From assembly GCF_037042905.1 (NCBI RefSeq), contig NC_087250.1, forward strand, positions 24,182,001 to 24,246,000: a DNA stretch of 64,000 bases, read 5' to 3'. This document shows positions 53,101-63,627 of the stretch, in pieces. Under the pieces are notes generated by a model. That model was not told the DNA's origin, ran no database searches, and saw nothing but the letters and a program-made list of their open reading frames with translations. Position 1 is the first letter of the stretch. Every line of letters begins with the position of its first letter. The DNA comes from Lytechinus pictus (taxonomy: Eukaryota). Both the position numbers and the translations under genes were made by a program.

Positions 53101-53961
53101 ATCAGAATCAAAGAATTAATATAAAGTCAATAGGAACCTCTGAATCCCATCTTACAAATAGTTTTGATTGATCAGATCAGCCAAAAGTATGGCAAGCCAG
53201 CAACCGCAATCTATAATAATGCATGTCTGACAAAAAGGTTTTCTAAATTATACATGTACGCTGTATACATGTATGATGTACATGTACATGTACATGTATA
53301 TCAAACATGCATCATTGTCTTGACAATTCAGTGTGCTCCTCTTTAATGACAAAGGGTCGTTGTGCCAATTTCCTGGATGAAAAATTACAACATTGATGTA
53401 TTTCCATCCGAGGTTGACTGGCTCAATAATAACTCTTTGTAAGATGTGGCTCTGGTGCGTGTTCCATAAAGCTGTTGATAAAGTTAAAAGTTACTTTAAG
53501 AACCAATGGTGATCCTTTCTTGTGTAGACAAAAACTGTCACTAACGATGGTACACGTATATACTGGAGTTCACCAGTCGTTCTTAAAGTCTCTATCAATT
53601 TACGAACAGCTTGAGCTTTACATGTATCAAACCGTTCAAACGGCTCTGTTTTGTTATAATACATCACTCACCTTCTGACGATAAGACTTGACGATCTGCA
53701 ATCCTGCTGTGTCAACGGCCTCCGGTCGATCGGACAGAATTTATGCAAGTTCAGAACACTCCTAAGACAGCGCATACAAAACGTATGTCCACACATAGTA
53801 TCCATAGGGTTCACTAGTGGTTGAAGGCATATATTACACGTAAGTTCCTCGTCTACGACATCGCAGTAGTCGTAGACGTGGTTGTCGTGGAGCTGGTGGC
53901 GCTGTCCGCAAGTCCTACAGAGGATGATGGGGTTGCGCGCGGCAGGGGACGGGTCCGTCAT
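22972..53961 (-). CDS. LNX2: LNX1/LNX2-like E3 ubiquitin ligase (Zn-RING-Zn + 4 PDZ), whole coding span, 12 exons, 570 aa
   Basis: Exons joined by hand: 53672-53961, 44887-44996, 36283-36392, 35540-35623, 34190-34386, 33058-33088, 31911-32027, 30519-30683, 28382-28504, 26767-26957, 25354-25512, 22972-23107. All introns are GT-AG, phases match, and the total is 1713 nt. LNX hallmarks: C3HC4 RING, VGGNETPL in PDZ1, PSWLTWLSLP before PDZ4, C-terminal SWPGTII. Assignment to LNX1 versus LNX2 is not resolvable. Confidence 0.93.
23230..23388. mobile_element. Short Harbinger-like MITE (relatives at ~1995-2148 and ~52369-52510)
   Basis: GGGGAGCGTTTCAT / ATGAAACACTCCCC ends; shared TACCATRGTAACAG...CCAATCA core. 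Confidence 0.6.
23620..24553 (+). mobile_element. L2/CR1 LINE 3' fragment in the last LNX intron
   Basis: KLYNAMILPQLSYCNIIWG...LQKRVIRII; ends in AATAAA plus a (TCAA)n tail. Confidence 0.8.
24930..25331 (+). mobile_element. L2-type LINE 3' fragment
   Basis: LHCLPVKQCIMFKILL...PQYL...WGERSF...KLWNSLP...FKQYLKTFL; (ATT)n tail ending ~22 nt from the exon 11 donor. Confidence 0.8.
25354..25512 (-). CDS. LNX2: LNX coding exon 11: PDZ4
   Basis: TTCCAG|A, CCRQSHQITLEKGTNASLGFSIVGG...GVAAKNGLL-AA|GTAAGT. Confidence 0.93.
25748..26521 (+). mobile_element. Internally deleted TIR transposon carrying the 5' end of a SAP-like ORF (ATG 26179)
   Basis: Imperfect ~36-bp TIRs (CAATCCTCGCTACCCGAAATAG / CTATTTGGGGTAGCGAGAATTG); CpG-rich; ORF begins MDKKSVSELQKILTDRGIPCNGKRRAELV. 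Confidence 0.65.
26767..26957 (-). CDS. LNX2: LNX coding exon 10: end of PDZ3 + PSWxxWLxLP motif
   Basis: ATACAG|KGDILLSVNGTSLLDLPHTEAVKVLK...YIPSWLTWLSLP-CA|GTAAGT; 191 nt; not in the ORF track. Confidence 0.93.
26918..27460. repeat. ~120-bp tandem repeat (4-5 units) overlapping the LNX exon 10 acceptor
   Basis: CCTTTCTG anchors recur at 26953, 27071 and 27193; more degenerate units follow. Confidence 0.85.
27557..28158. mobile_element. Kolobok-like non-autonomous element, family A copy 1
   Basis: AGGGATGGTCCAGGCTG / CAGCCTGGACTATCCCT; long imperfect inverted arms. Confidence 0.8.
28382..28504 (-). CDS. LNX2: LNX coding exon 9: PDZ3
   Basis: TGACAG|GYKECMGISVSGGKGQRKGDVPIFITGIQADGCVARHGQLK|GTAGG; 123 nt. 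Confidence 0.93.
29903..30170 (+). mobile_element. tRNA-derived SINE
   Basis: GGCTCAGTTGGTAGAG A box and GAGTTCAATCC B box, followed by a non-tRNA body. Confidence 0.7.
30519..30683 (-). CDS. LNX2: LNX coding exon 8: end of PDZ2, linker, start of PDZ3
   Basis: TTCCAG|DCGDRVEMVVSRQ...EKTVNIKK|GTATAT; 165 nt. Confidence 0.9.
30774..31223. mobile_element. piggyBac-like MITE, related to 21718-22441
   Basis: TTAA|CCCTAAATAGACTGGG...CCCAGTCTTTTTAGGG|TTAA; shares ATTAATTATGCTAATTTATGC and CAAATTTGGTCTCAAAA. Confidence 0.85.
31911..32027 (-). CDS. LNX2: LNX coding exon 7: PDZ2
   Basis: ATGTAG|LESSLARRDGRLKSDDRVLQINGFNVEDEMPERVARIIR|GTAAG; 117 nt. Confidence 0.93.
33058..33088 (-). CDS. LNX2: LNX coding exon 6: 31-nt microexon in PDZ2
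   Basis: TTCTTACAG|G AGT GAG CAA GGA ATA TAT ATT ATG GAA GTG|GTGAGT = (Q)SEQGIYIMEV. It supplies the missing PDZ strand and converts phase 2 to phase 0. Confidence 0.9.
34190..34386 (-). CDS. LNX2: LNX coding exon 5: end of PDZ1, start of PDZ2
   Basis: TTGCAG|VNSRDLRDVPHSIAREAL...LGIKIAAK-CA|GTGAGT, phase 2. Confidence 0.93.
34596..35060. mobile_element. Tc1/mariner-like remnant with a long internal palindrome
   Basis: TA|CAGTTGGGCTCAAAA start; inverted arms CTCAAGGCACTCATTTGAC...GTCAAATGAGTGCCTTGAG (~34805-35040). Confidence 0.5.
35540..35623 (-). CDS. LNX2: LNX coding exon 4: PDZ1 middle
   Basis: TTTCAG|IGVVIQEVIPGEVVAEDARILPGDQIVQ|GTAAGT; 84 nt; not in the ORF track. Confidence 0.93.
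36283..36392 (-). CDS. LNX2: LNX coding exon 3: start of PDZ1
   Basis: Acceptor ATACAG|TT. GPGAPIRHGQLTSIEINRKPNRDLGIYFVGGNETPL. Donor GTAAGT. Confidence 0.92.
40010..40130 (+). mobile_element. tRNA-derived SINE 5' fragment
   Basis: GGGTCGTGTGTTCAAATCCCA B box, then TCCTTTGGCAAGGC...ATCCAC...CACTCTCGAC. Confidence 0.5.
40417..41021. mobile_element. Kolobok-like non-autonomous element, family B
   Basis: AGGTAAAGTCCACCC / GGGTTGACTTGTCCT|TTAA; a related copy starts at ~63628. Confidence 0.7.
42080..42395. repeat. ~15-bp repeat array in inverted arrangement (GTCTA.../TAGAC...)
   Basis: GTCTA/GTCCA units on the left and TAGAC/TGGAC units on the right. Confidence 0.6.
44887..44996 (-). CDS. LNX2: LNX coding exon 2: Zn finger C-terminal to the RING
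   Basis: Acceptor TTACAG|G completes Arg. MLDRLIVLCPNTDFC...HLANRCPGRI. Donor G|GTAAG, phase 1. Confidence 0.93.
46330..46920. repeat. (CAT/CAC)n imperfect microsatellite
   Basis: Read directly from the sequence. Confidence 0.97.
47682..48030. repeat. ~160-bp tandem duplication
   Basis: AATAACTGTACACAATGCT...ACAAACATTTGGATCC at 47682 and 47841. Confidence 0.8.
48469..49022. mobile_element. Kolobok-like non-autonomous element, family A copy 2
   Basis: TTAA|AG...CT|TTAA; alignable by eye to 27557-28158. Confidence 0.8.
49308..50601. mobile_element. 1.3-kb non-autonomous DNA transposon with 4-bp TSD (Sola2-like)
   Basis: TIR GGGCAAGTCCAAGAA / TTCTTGGACTTGCCC; TSD TAGT; internal GTTACGTATGGGAC motifs in both orientations. 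Confidence 0.8.
52675..53097. mobile_element. hAT-like MITE
   Basis: CAGGGTGCT / AGCACCCTG ends; internal ACTTGCCC/GGGCAAGT motifs; TSD degraded. Confidence 0.65.
53672..53961 (-). CDS. LNX2: LNX coding exon 1: N-terminal Zn finger + RING
   Basis: MTDPSP...CRTCGQRHQLHDNH...CNICLQPLVNPMDTMCGHTFCMRC...CPIDR. In-frame TAA 12 nt upstream of the ATG; A at -3; donor AG|GTGAGT, phase 2. Confidence 0.95.
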
Positions 53962-56920
53962 CTTGACTGGTTAGTTTCGCAGCTCCTGGTTAGCAATCTT
54001 TGATGGCTCCTTCACCCTTTGTAATATAGTCTTGGCGGTATCCACATGTACAAATCAGCAAGAATGAGATTTGAATCGCTCCATTGCGATTGTGACCCTA
54101 GAATCCTGATGTCTCCACAATTTCAAATCAAAGGCTTCCAAAATAAAGACACAAATCATCAGAACTACTTGTTAAAAACAGTCCTGTATGCTGTTGCAGA
54201 TCAAGATTACAATTACCACATTACCACAAGAAGATGTGCCTGTATTCCAAATAATTATTAATTTCCAAAACCAACCATTGAATGGCATCTACTCCGCACC
54301 ACTAATGGACGTCTGGCAATTCATTAGGAACAGTAGACTGAATTTCATATCGTCCCAAAAGGATAGAGAGGCATAATGGGGGGAAAATAAATCTCAATAA
54401 ATGAGTGAATCGAGGTCACTTCCAGGCAGCAGTTCCAACTGTCAACTGGACTGGCTTCGTTTCCTTGACAATGATTTAATATTCATGAAGCAAATAATAT
54501 TTATCCATCAATGTTATTCAGATCCATCTCATACATAGTCATCAAAATTCAATAGTAAGAAATATCATACGAGTTCATCCCCTTTTTAATATGTTAAAAC
54601 TCTCAAGTACTTTCCGAGTAAACCTTCACCTTTGGCTTTAAGACGTCCACAGATCACACACACTATTCACTTCTACATTGATTCCCAAGGCAAAAGTCCA
54701 TGACAGGTTTAAACAGTGTCCTCACAAGCCACCCAGTCAGCTGATCCCATCTGCTATTCACTGGGTGTAATTATAGCCGGTGAATATAATCCAATATCGC
54801 CCCCTTCCTCTCTCTCAAGCATCCGAAGCGATGTTTGCCGACGACGAATTGGTATTTGAGCATCGGCAGCTTGAAGAGAGGGACAGAGAGAGGGTAATAG
54901 CGGATGAGAGCGAATTCACACGATTGGGAAGAGAGGATGAGCTCTTCTGATTAACTTCTCTGGTCAATCGTCGTCTGGGTTATATCGCCCAGTTGAGAGT
55001 GCGATATCTTTTGCCGTAAGCTGGACATCCACCGGATGAAGGATGGTGATGAGTGATGGAATGATCAAATGGAATGTGGTCATCAGGTTCCAGGCCTTGT
55101 ATTCCTGATCTACATGTAAGGTAGATCCTGCAAAAAAAAAAAAAAATAGTGTTTTTAACATCCAGCACTACATACGTACAGTATATTCAGCTGTACATAT
55201 TTGAGGACCAGTGACTGAACATGTACCCAATCATTTTTTTTTTGGGGGGGGATGGGGAGTCAGGACCGGAGTAAATAATTATGCTACAATGTATACAGTG
55301 TATTTGTGTTATTTATAGGCAGACAATCCAAACATGTACATATAATGCCAATAATCATAATAAGGAATATCAAGTTTCATTAGACAATCCTTGGTGTTGG
55401 TAGACTTTGGCATACAGCGGAAAACAAACAAGGTTTGATCCTTGAAAGATAAGGAACACTGTACACTGTACAGTGTAGATCACATGTCAACAAAGTACAA
55501 TGTACAGACATCTTAACAACAAATGAGAGACCAAACATACACTGTACATTGTAGTACATGAACCACACTAACAATATTAATTTCCCGGATTAGATTTCAC
55601 TTTTTATCATTTTAATCTTAATGCCCAATCATTAAAATTCAAATAGTTGTATGTAGGCCTATATCTGTTTGGTATCTTTTACAAGCTGGCAGCACAATAC
55701 ACACTCACAAGCTCCAGGGCATCCTACATGTACATTGTATGTACATGTAGATCATTTGATACTGTACATGTATGTACATGTATGTGTACTATGAACATCC
55801 AAATGAATACAATGATTGCACAATGTTATCACTGACATGACGTCACCGAGAAAGCTATGAATAATGGAGTCATGTTACCAGCTAGTTGCCATTGACACTT
55901 TTGAGTTTGAATGGGCAGATCTATGGAAAAGTACTGTACATTGCCAGGAATATTCCAAAAGGCAGGTTGGGTTGCAAATGTGGCTTGAAAATTTGACGAG
56001 AAAAACAAAGGTCATCACTGATCAGCCAAAACTGATGGCCATTTCATGTCAATGAATTGTTTTCCTCCCCTATTTTTTTTCTTGCTAGGATTTAGGGGGT
56101 TCAATCAGCCATCGCACTCCATACCCGCCCCCCCCCCCCCCCCCCGGCTACCAACTTATAAAAAATCTCAGCAGTTAAACTATCTAGCGGCCCATGAAAA
56201 ATGTGTAGTGTACATGAATCGCATTGTTCCATGTAGTTCGCTTCTGATGAGTGGACATTGATCGGGTGCTGGACTTCACACCCTGCCACTGATTGCAAAT
56301 GGAGTTGAAAAAATTAATTTGGCCTACTGACCTACATGTACAGTCTGTAGGCTATAAACCATCTATGGGCTGTAGTTGTTCCTCAATGGTCATTTGCTTA
56401 AATTAACCTGTGGTTCGTCATCATCAGAAAATTAATTTGGCATAATAGTTGGTTACATAAAATGTACATGTATGTACCCTCAAAGAAAACTGACCAAAAA
56501 CATCAAGTTTATACCTTTTTTAAATACCGATTTAACATAAACTCTATGTAAATCGATGGAAAATGTGATCAGGAAAATACAGAAAACATTTCTCAAAATC
56601 GGATTTTAGACATCACTGTACATTGTAAACACAAATAATAACAATGTTTTATTTACTAAGGGGCCAGGGTAGCCACTTTAATCATAAGACTGCTCTTCCA
56701 GTGGGCCCTGAATTATCATTTATATCACAGTATAAACAGAGAAGGTACATGTACATAGGCCAACAACACATGGCCTATACTACACTGAACACGGGTCTGA
56801 TCATGCATAATAAATGCGCAATAAATGAACCTAGAACATCTGATCTTCTGAAGTCAGAAGAGGAGATAAATATAGCGCATCATTTGCAGGATGGGTTCAC
56901 AGAGATATTTAACAATCACT

Positions 56921-57525
56921 ATCTTGACGCTAAAGGCTTCCCAGGGGCACGGGGTCTCCCCGCATACAGAATGTAATCAAGGGTATGGCTCCTCATTTCA
57001 AGTGAGAGATTCTATAGTGTATGGAAAACTACAAAACATATTTGGAGATATATGGATGTATATTTTTTTATTTCCTCTGAAGATCCGACTTGTGTATGAA
57101 AATATGTTGTCCTTCCTTTCAAATAAAGACAAAGGTCAGGTTTTTTTTATCTTGACCCTAAAGGCTTCCCAGGGGCACAGGGTCTCCTGCATACAAAATG
57201 TCATCAAGGGTATGGCTCTTCATTTCAAGTGAGAGATTCTTAAGTGTATGGAAAACTACAAAAGATATGGATGTATTTAAAATATCTACATTTTTTTATT
57301 TCCATTTCAAATATCTGACTTGTGAATAAAAATATTTTGTCCTTTCTTTCAAATGAAGACAAAGGTCAGGATTTTTTTTCTCGTGGACCCAGACTACAAT
57401 TCAAAACCTACTGCCTACAATGGAAATCTATAAATATTGGATGAGCTAAACAGTGAAAGAGGATTTTCATGGGGATTTTCCAGTGAGAGATTCTAAAAAG
57501 TGTATGGAAAACTACAAACATATTA
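56921..57525. repeat. 228-bp tandem duplication plus a partial third unit
   Basis: ATCTTGAC.CTAAAGGCTTCCCAGGGGCAC at 56921 and 57149; GTGAGAGATTCT...GTGTATGGAAAACTACAAA occurs three times. Confidence 0.85.
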
Positions 57526-57889
57526 AAAGGAGATTGTACGATTATGTAGTTTAGCTTGGAAGAGCTGCGTATTATAAAGGATTACTTCTTCAAGGTTATT
57601 TATATTACATTCTGAATTCCTGAAGAATAGATAATGCTGCTTTATAATCTGACACTTGGGCCTTGGTTTTTTTCCTTCTTCTTTCTTTTGAAGTTTATAG
57701 TATACAAATATACAATGACACTCGAGGATCTGGCTAAAACTATTCGCATCGAAGGAACATCATATAGTACTATTCTCCCGAGGGCCATCGTGTGATGTTC
57801 CTGAGTGCAAATAGTTTTAGCCAGTTCCGAGAATGGGTCATTGTATATTTGTTTTATATCCCTTCCACTCATATATATTCTTCATACGA

Positions 57890-58195
57890 TATTCTTCGTT
57901 GATACCCGACTTTTACAGCAAAACGATTTTTAATAAGTCGATGATGGAACAATCGTTGAGAAGTTGAGAAAACAATAAGCCTTGCCGTATTGATCGTCTG
58001 TTCAGCGAGCGCACCTGGTTAGTGCAGCTCGTCGAAAGTTTCCCATGGCATGCAGTAGAGAGTACCGTTGGGCTGAGCAGCGCTCTGCTCGCATCGCGCC
58101 GCACAGCTCGCGAATCGAGTAGGGGGCGGGGTCAAAAAACGTATAGTTCACTTTTTCCCTAGGGAAAAAATGGACTATGTGTGACGTCAGCAAGG
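57890..58195 (-). promoter_or_regulatory. Putative LNX promoter / non-coding first exon region
   Basis: Local CpG enrichment in a CpG-poor background, GC box GGGGCGGGG at ~58123-58131 and perfect CRE TGACGTCA at 58182-58189. It lies ~4 kb upstream of the LNX ATG. The TSS is not determined. Confidence 0.5.
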
Positions 58196-59225
58196 AAAAT
58201 GAACTATTTCATGGCAAACGTTTTTCGTAGTAAAACTATTCTTTTTCTCCTTGTGTACACTCTCAATACAACAATCTTAAGTAAGGGATATAAACTAAGA
58301 TTAAAACCTCTCCCCTTCTACATACATTCCTATATGAAATGTATGTGATGTGTACACTGCAGTGTTAATGCAAAGAGGCTATCAATTTTTTACTTTTTTT
58401 AAATGAAAGAAGTTAACAGACTTCATCATCCCAACAACTTATTAAAGAACAAGTTGATTTTAAATGATAAATAACAAAAAATCAAATTCATATTCCCCTT
58501 GAATTTTCTTTAAAATTGGACATGAAAATGAATAGAAAACAAATTATTGCTGCCGATTTGAGGAGCAAAAAAAGCAGACGGTTTATTGAGAATAAAAAGA
58601 TGGGTAATAATAATAGAGGTCAAAGCATGCTTTGAGCTCAGGAGGCCGAGAAGTGTTACATGTATTTCAAAGAGCCAAGAGGTATTAAATGTAGACAGGT
58701 TGGCCAAGTACTGAAAAAGTGTGAACATGCATAGACATGCATTCCTTGGACATCGATAAAGAAGAAAAAAGAAAAAACGTGTCTAGGAATGTCTTGTGAG
58801 CCAAACTTGGATGATCTCTGATTTGTCCTGGAGCTTGGTTTCAATTTGTTCAAGAGTTCAGCATAGATAGATGTACAGCTCATTGCATATTTCAAGTTAC
58901 AATGATTGGAACTGGTATTGTTTCATTCATCGAGGGGCACAGTAGGGCTTTCAATTTTGAAAATGGATCATGCTCCTGAAGGTGCATTTCCAATAAATAT
59001 TCATATTTATTTTATTTGAATCATAGGCCATATACATGTATGGTTTTCTCAACTCATAATACGTTGGTCTATCTACATGTATGTCCTTCTTGTTGGATTC
59101 CCAATAGCTTTTTTCAAAGTTTATTTCTATATTTCTCTAACCATCTACAATATCTTTTACCATTTTTGTGCTATTTTTACAATAAACTTTTCTTCAGGTT
59201 GGACTTCCTCTTAAATACATGTAGA

Positions 59226-59463
59226 TAATAATAATAACACTTATTTACCCAGGGTAGCCACTCTCAGCTGTAAGCTGTTCTTCCAGCGGGCCCTGCATAA
59301 CATAATAGGTTATTATTACCCTTCTCCGTTCTCATGCGTCAAGCGCCTGACAAGAAGGCAGAAGGTTCCTTTTTTTAAGTCTTTGGTATGACTCGGCCGG
59401 GGATTGAACCCACGACCTCCCGTCCATGAGGCGGGCGCTCTACCACTGAGCCACCATGTCCGG
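59226..59463 (-). mobile_element. tRNA-derived SINE, full length
   Basis: A box TGGCTCAGTGG, B box GGTTCAATCC, non-tRNA body and (TTA)n tail. Confidence 0.8.
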
Positions 59464-60331
59464 ATGACATCGTGCATGTCATGTCTCGTGTAATGATGCA
59501 ATAAAAGCAGTGTGAGGTGTTGCTCATGACATCAGGGGATTCCCCAGAACTCATTGAATACAATTTTAACAAAGCAGCTTGCACCATGGATCAGTGGTCT
59601 TGTATAAAAGCACTAGACCTATAGATTGTGTGTGCTTCACAATACATGTACCTCTATGGAGATTATATCATCATGACCATTATACAACAAAGGACTGTCT
59701 GGACACCTGGAACTCAAGTCTCGACATGTACTGCTGCCACATGTTATGAAAACATATTCATAACGGTTTCATGTCATTTGCCGGGCGACAATTGCTCTGC
59801 TCTACATGTAAATTCCACAAACAGAATGGCCAACTTCAACCCTGGGTTTATTACTACTGTATGTACCCTAAACCTACCCTACCCTAAACCTATTACACTT
59901 TGTAAATTATAAACATAAACCCTATTTCAACCCGAACCCTATAATAGACGAAATTCAGCCTGGACAATTGTCGCAGGAGCAAATGTTGTGTCACCATCAT
60001 AACAATCTGTTCGCATTTCAAATATTACATGAATTCGAGTTCTGGTAACAATCTCAAACTGACTTTTTACAGAATATAATTTAATGACCACCCAAGTGTC
60101 TATATAGTATGAATAAAAAATATGTGCCAAATGATTCTGGAAGAAATTGTGTGATTGCTGGGAAATAAGCAAAATAAGCGCGGATTTGGTCACTTCCGTC
60201 AGGTCTTTATTCCAGCAATGATAATACACTGTCCCACGTGTGCCTATCTGTGTTAGCGATCTTCAGTGTGATTGTATTTCAGCTTATAATTTATGATTTC
60301 ACAAGTTCAGTTTATGTAACTGTACCAGATC

Positions 60332-60893
60332 CCCGGGGGGGGCCACTTACATTGACGAGTGGATACCATGCGCGACCAAAAAAACACGTAAAAAGGATGT
60401 CTTTTTCACGATAGGGCACGTTACGTACATAACGTGATAAGGGTGTCAAAAACACAAAAATAATGAAAAAAGGGTATCTATTTTGCTAGGACAATTACGT
60501 GTTTAGGGTCGAATTTGCGGGAATGATGAAACAAAATTAAAATGTTTTATAAAGGATGTCCTTTTTGCCCCAACACTTCGTGTTTAGAGTCCAATTTGCG
60601 CGAGGTGTAGAAGGTGGGGTCGTTCTAAACCAAATAAGGTAAAGCCGACGACAGAAGGACCCGTAACAATAAAATATTCCTGTACTTGTTTAGGGGTTCA
60701 TTTCAGGGAATATTTGCCAAGAGTATCGTTTTGTTTCCAATACTTGTTAAGGGTAGGGTTTCGCACGCCAATACTTGTTAAGGGGTACATTTTCAGAATA
60801 TGGAAATTACGGGTTTAGGGTGCTTTTCGAGACCCCATGGTCGCGCATGGTATCCACTCGTGAATGGAAGTGGCCCCCCCCCCCCCCCCCGGG
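60332..60893. mobile_element. Non-autonomous DNA transposon with 8-bp TSD, superfamily unassigned
   Basis: TIR CCCGGGGGGGGCCACTT...GAGTGGATACCATGCGCGACC and its inverse; TSD ACCAGATC on both sides. Confidence 0.88.
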
Positions 60894-61751
60894 ACCAGAT
60901 CTAGATCCACGACAGGATATAGTCATACTAAACCTTGGTTTTACAGACTTTCTCACGAAATTGGTGTTTTATATACTGCAACTACTTTCATTTAGCTTTA
61001 ATCCTAAACAGGGCAAAGAATAGGCCTACATGTATACCACAAAACGTGGTATGATATTGAGTGTACATGTACGCCTAAAGTGTACAATACATTGATGTAA
61101 AAGTACTTTACTGGAAATGAATTGCAAAAATAGTAAACAATATGATTCTTTAATACATAACATGTACACTCGGTACTAATACATGTATACGTGTTATGTT
61201 GTCATGCATACATTAAAATGACAAACAAATGAGAACAGTGATTTTTTTTCATCCTGTTGCTGCAAAGACTAACCTCTCAAGAAAGCTATTATTCTATCAT
61301 CTACGTTGCTGAAGAGGACAATGAAGGGCATGGACTATGTTGACCATTCTGAGGTGTTTAATTATTTTTTAGTGGCCCAAACATGAAGAACTGTGTGCGC
61401 AGCGCTTTAACTCTGAAACAAAAAGGCACTATCAAATGACCTTTGAATTTGATTGGATTGGAATCCATAAATTTCTTCAAGCCTGTACAGTGTATTCATT
61501 TTGTTTTAATCATGATCTACAAATTCCTTTTGTCAAAGAAAAAGAACACAGCAGAAACAGAAATTCTGTTTTGGAAGGGTATTAAAATTAAATGAATTTT
61601 CTAATGAAAAGTAAAGAACCAAAACAAATTTGCCTCTTTGATTTTAATTTCTATTTAACAGAATATCACCGTGTCCCCAAACATAATTTTGCGTAGCATG
61701 TCGGGCCAAATATATAGCAAAAACAACATTTACATTTGTAAAAAACATCAA

Positions 61752-62749
61752 GGCCCGAATTCACAAAGGTGGTTTTGAAAACCCACGGTCGAGTCCATGG
61801 TTTATGCAAATTTCCTGTATAAATTATGCGTAATTTAGCGCGTATCGGGCGCGTATGTAAGAAATGTCCAATGCTGATGCGCGCTTTTGTCACAGTGCGC
61901 CAAATTGACGCCTGTTACCATGGTTAGATATTTTATTCATGAGTCCACTGTTTGAAGAGTGGACTCATTATTCAAAACAGTAGACTCATGAATAAAATAG
62001 CGTGGATAACCACGGCAACAGGCGTCAATTTGGTACACTCTGACAAAAGCGTGCATCAGCATTTAAAGGAGAATGAAACCCTTGAAACCAGCTGAATCCA
62101 TATCAAAGAGAAAAATCAAAGAAACATATTGTTGAAAGTTTGAGGAAGATTGAATGAATAATACGAAAGTTATGAGCATTTGAATATTGAGATCACTAAT
62201 GCCATATAGATCCTCCAATTGGCAATGCGACCAAGATCTGTGATGTCACACACGTACAACTCCCTCATTACTTTAGTACTTATTTCACTTATATTCTCAC
62301 TTTTATAGAGTCTATTACAAGGTGAGGTGTTCTCTTTATGAGAGGACAAGTACAGAGGTTTCACAACATTATATCATTGATGAATCGTTTGTCATATGAT
62401 TAGAATGAGCAAAAAGAAATGTTTTGGGGTATATTTTCAGTGTCCAAAAGGGGAGAGTTGTTCATCTGTGACATCATAGATCTTGGTCGCATTGCCAATG
62501 GGAGGATCTCCATAGCATTAGTGATCTCGACATTCAAATGCTCATAACTCTTCTATTGCTAGTCCTATTTTACTCAAACTTTTGTTGATCTTATTCTTTG
62601 ATTTTTCTGCTTTCACAAAAGCTAACTTGCTCCAAGAGTTTCATTCTCCTTTAATATACGAGGTAAAATAAGCGTAATTTATACAAGAAATCTGCATAAA
62701 CCATAGACTCAACCATGGGTTTTCAAAACCACCTTTGTGAATTTGGGCC
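61752..62749. mobile_element. Palindromic PIF/Harbinger-like MITE with a nested insertion
   Basis: GGCCCGAATTCACAAAGGTGGTTTTGAAAACCCA and its inverse; 3-bp TSD CAA. Confidence 0.85.
62067..62650. mobile_element. Kolobok-like element nested in the Harbinger-like MITE
   Basis: TTAA|AGGAGAATGAAAC...GTTTCATTCTCCT|TTAA. Confidence 0.85.
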
Positions 62750-62976
62750 CAAGCCTCTTGTCAGGGGGGAAAATACAGAGGCTTGGGGTGATTTAGCCCC
62801 TCACATGCTCATAGGAGCCCTGGAAACTAAAAAAAAGGAGCTCCAGACATCCCAATCCATTGCAATGTTAAAGCTTTATACATGTCCACAGTGTTCCAGA
62901 TTTAGGCAGACAATGATAAAAAGTAGCTACCCCCAAAAATAAGAAAATAAACAAGAATATCAAATAAAAATAAAAG

Positions 62977-63128
<152 letters not shown>

Positions 63129-63627
63129 GAAAATCAATCAATCAAAAACAAAATTAAATAAAAAAATGCTTTGTCTGTCTCTTGTGCTATACAAGATTGA
63201 AAGAAAGAAAATAGAGAAAAGAGGATGAAGTTGTTTTTGAGTCCCATCTGAATGAATCAGATGGGACTCAAAAACAATGGTAGAGTCTACACTAGGACTG
63301 CACATGAAAAAGGATGATGCATCGTATCTAAAGCCTGCAAGGCAAACAGCTCATTCACTTGAAATAATCAAGAAAAAAAAAATCCTTGATTAAATCTCGT
63401 CTTTCCAATTAGATGTTAAACAGCATATTTTTTTACCAGCGGGCTGGCGACATTGGAGAGACAGACTCATTGATTGGAACTCTCTGGACGCAAAATAACT
63501 CATGAACATGAATGAGTTGGTAAACATGTTCACTATATTGACTATTACCAGTGTTCAGACAAGAAAAAGAAATTGTGTACAAAGTACTTGCGCATTTGCA
63601 ATGCAGTACTGGACCCTACCTTAATAA

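Noticed and set aside
59865..59945. Telomere-like ACCCTAAACC repeats
   Set aside because: They are short, degenerate and embedded in an interspersed repeat, not a (TTAGGG)n tract.
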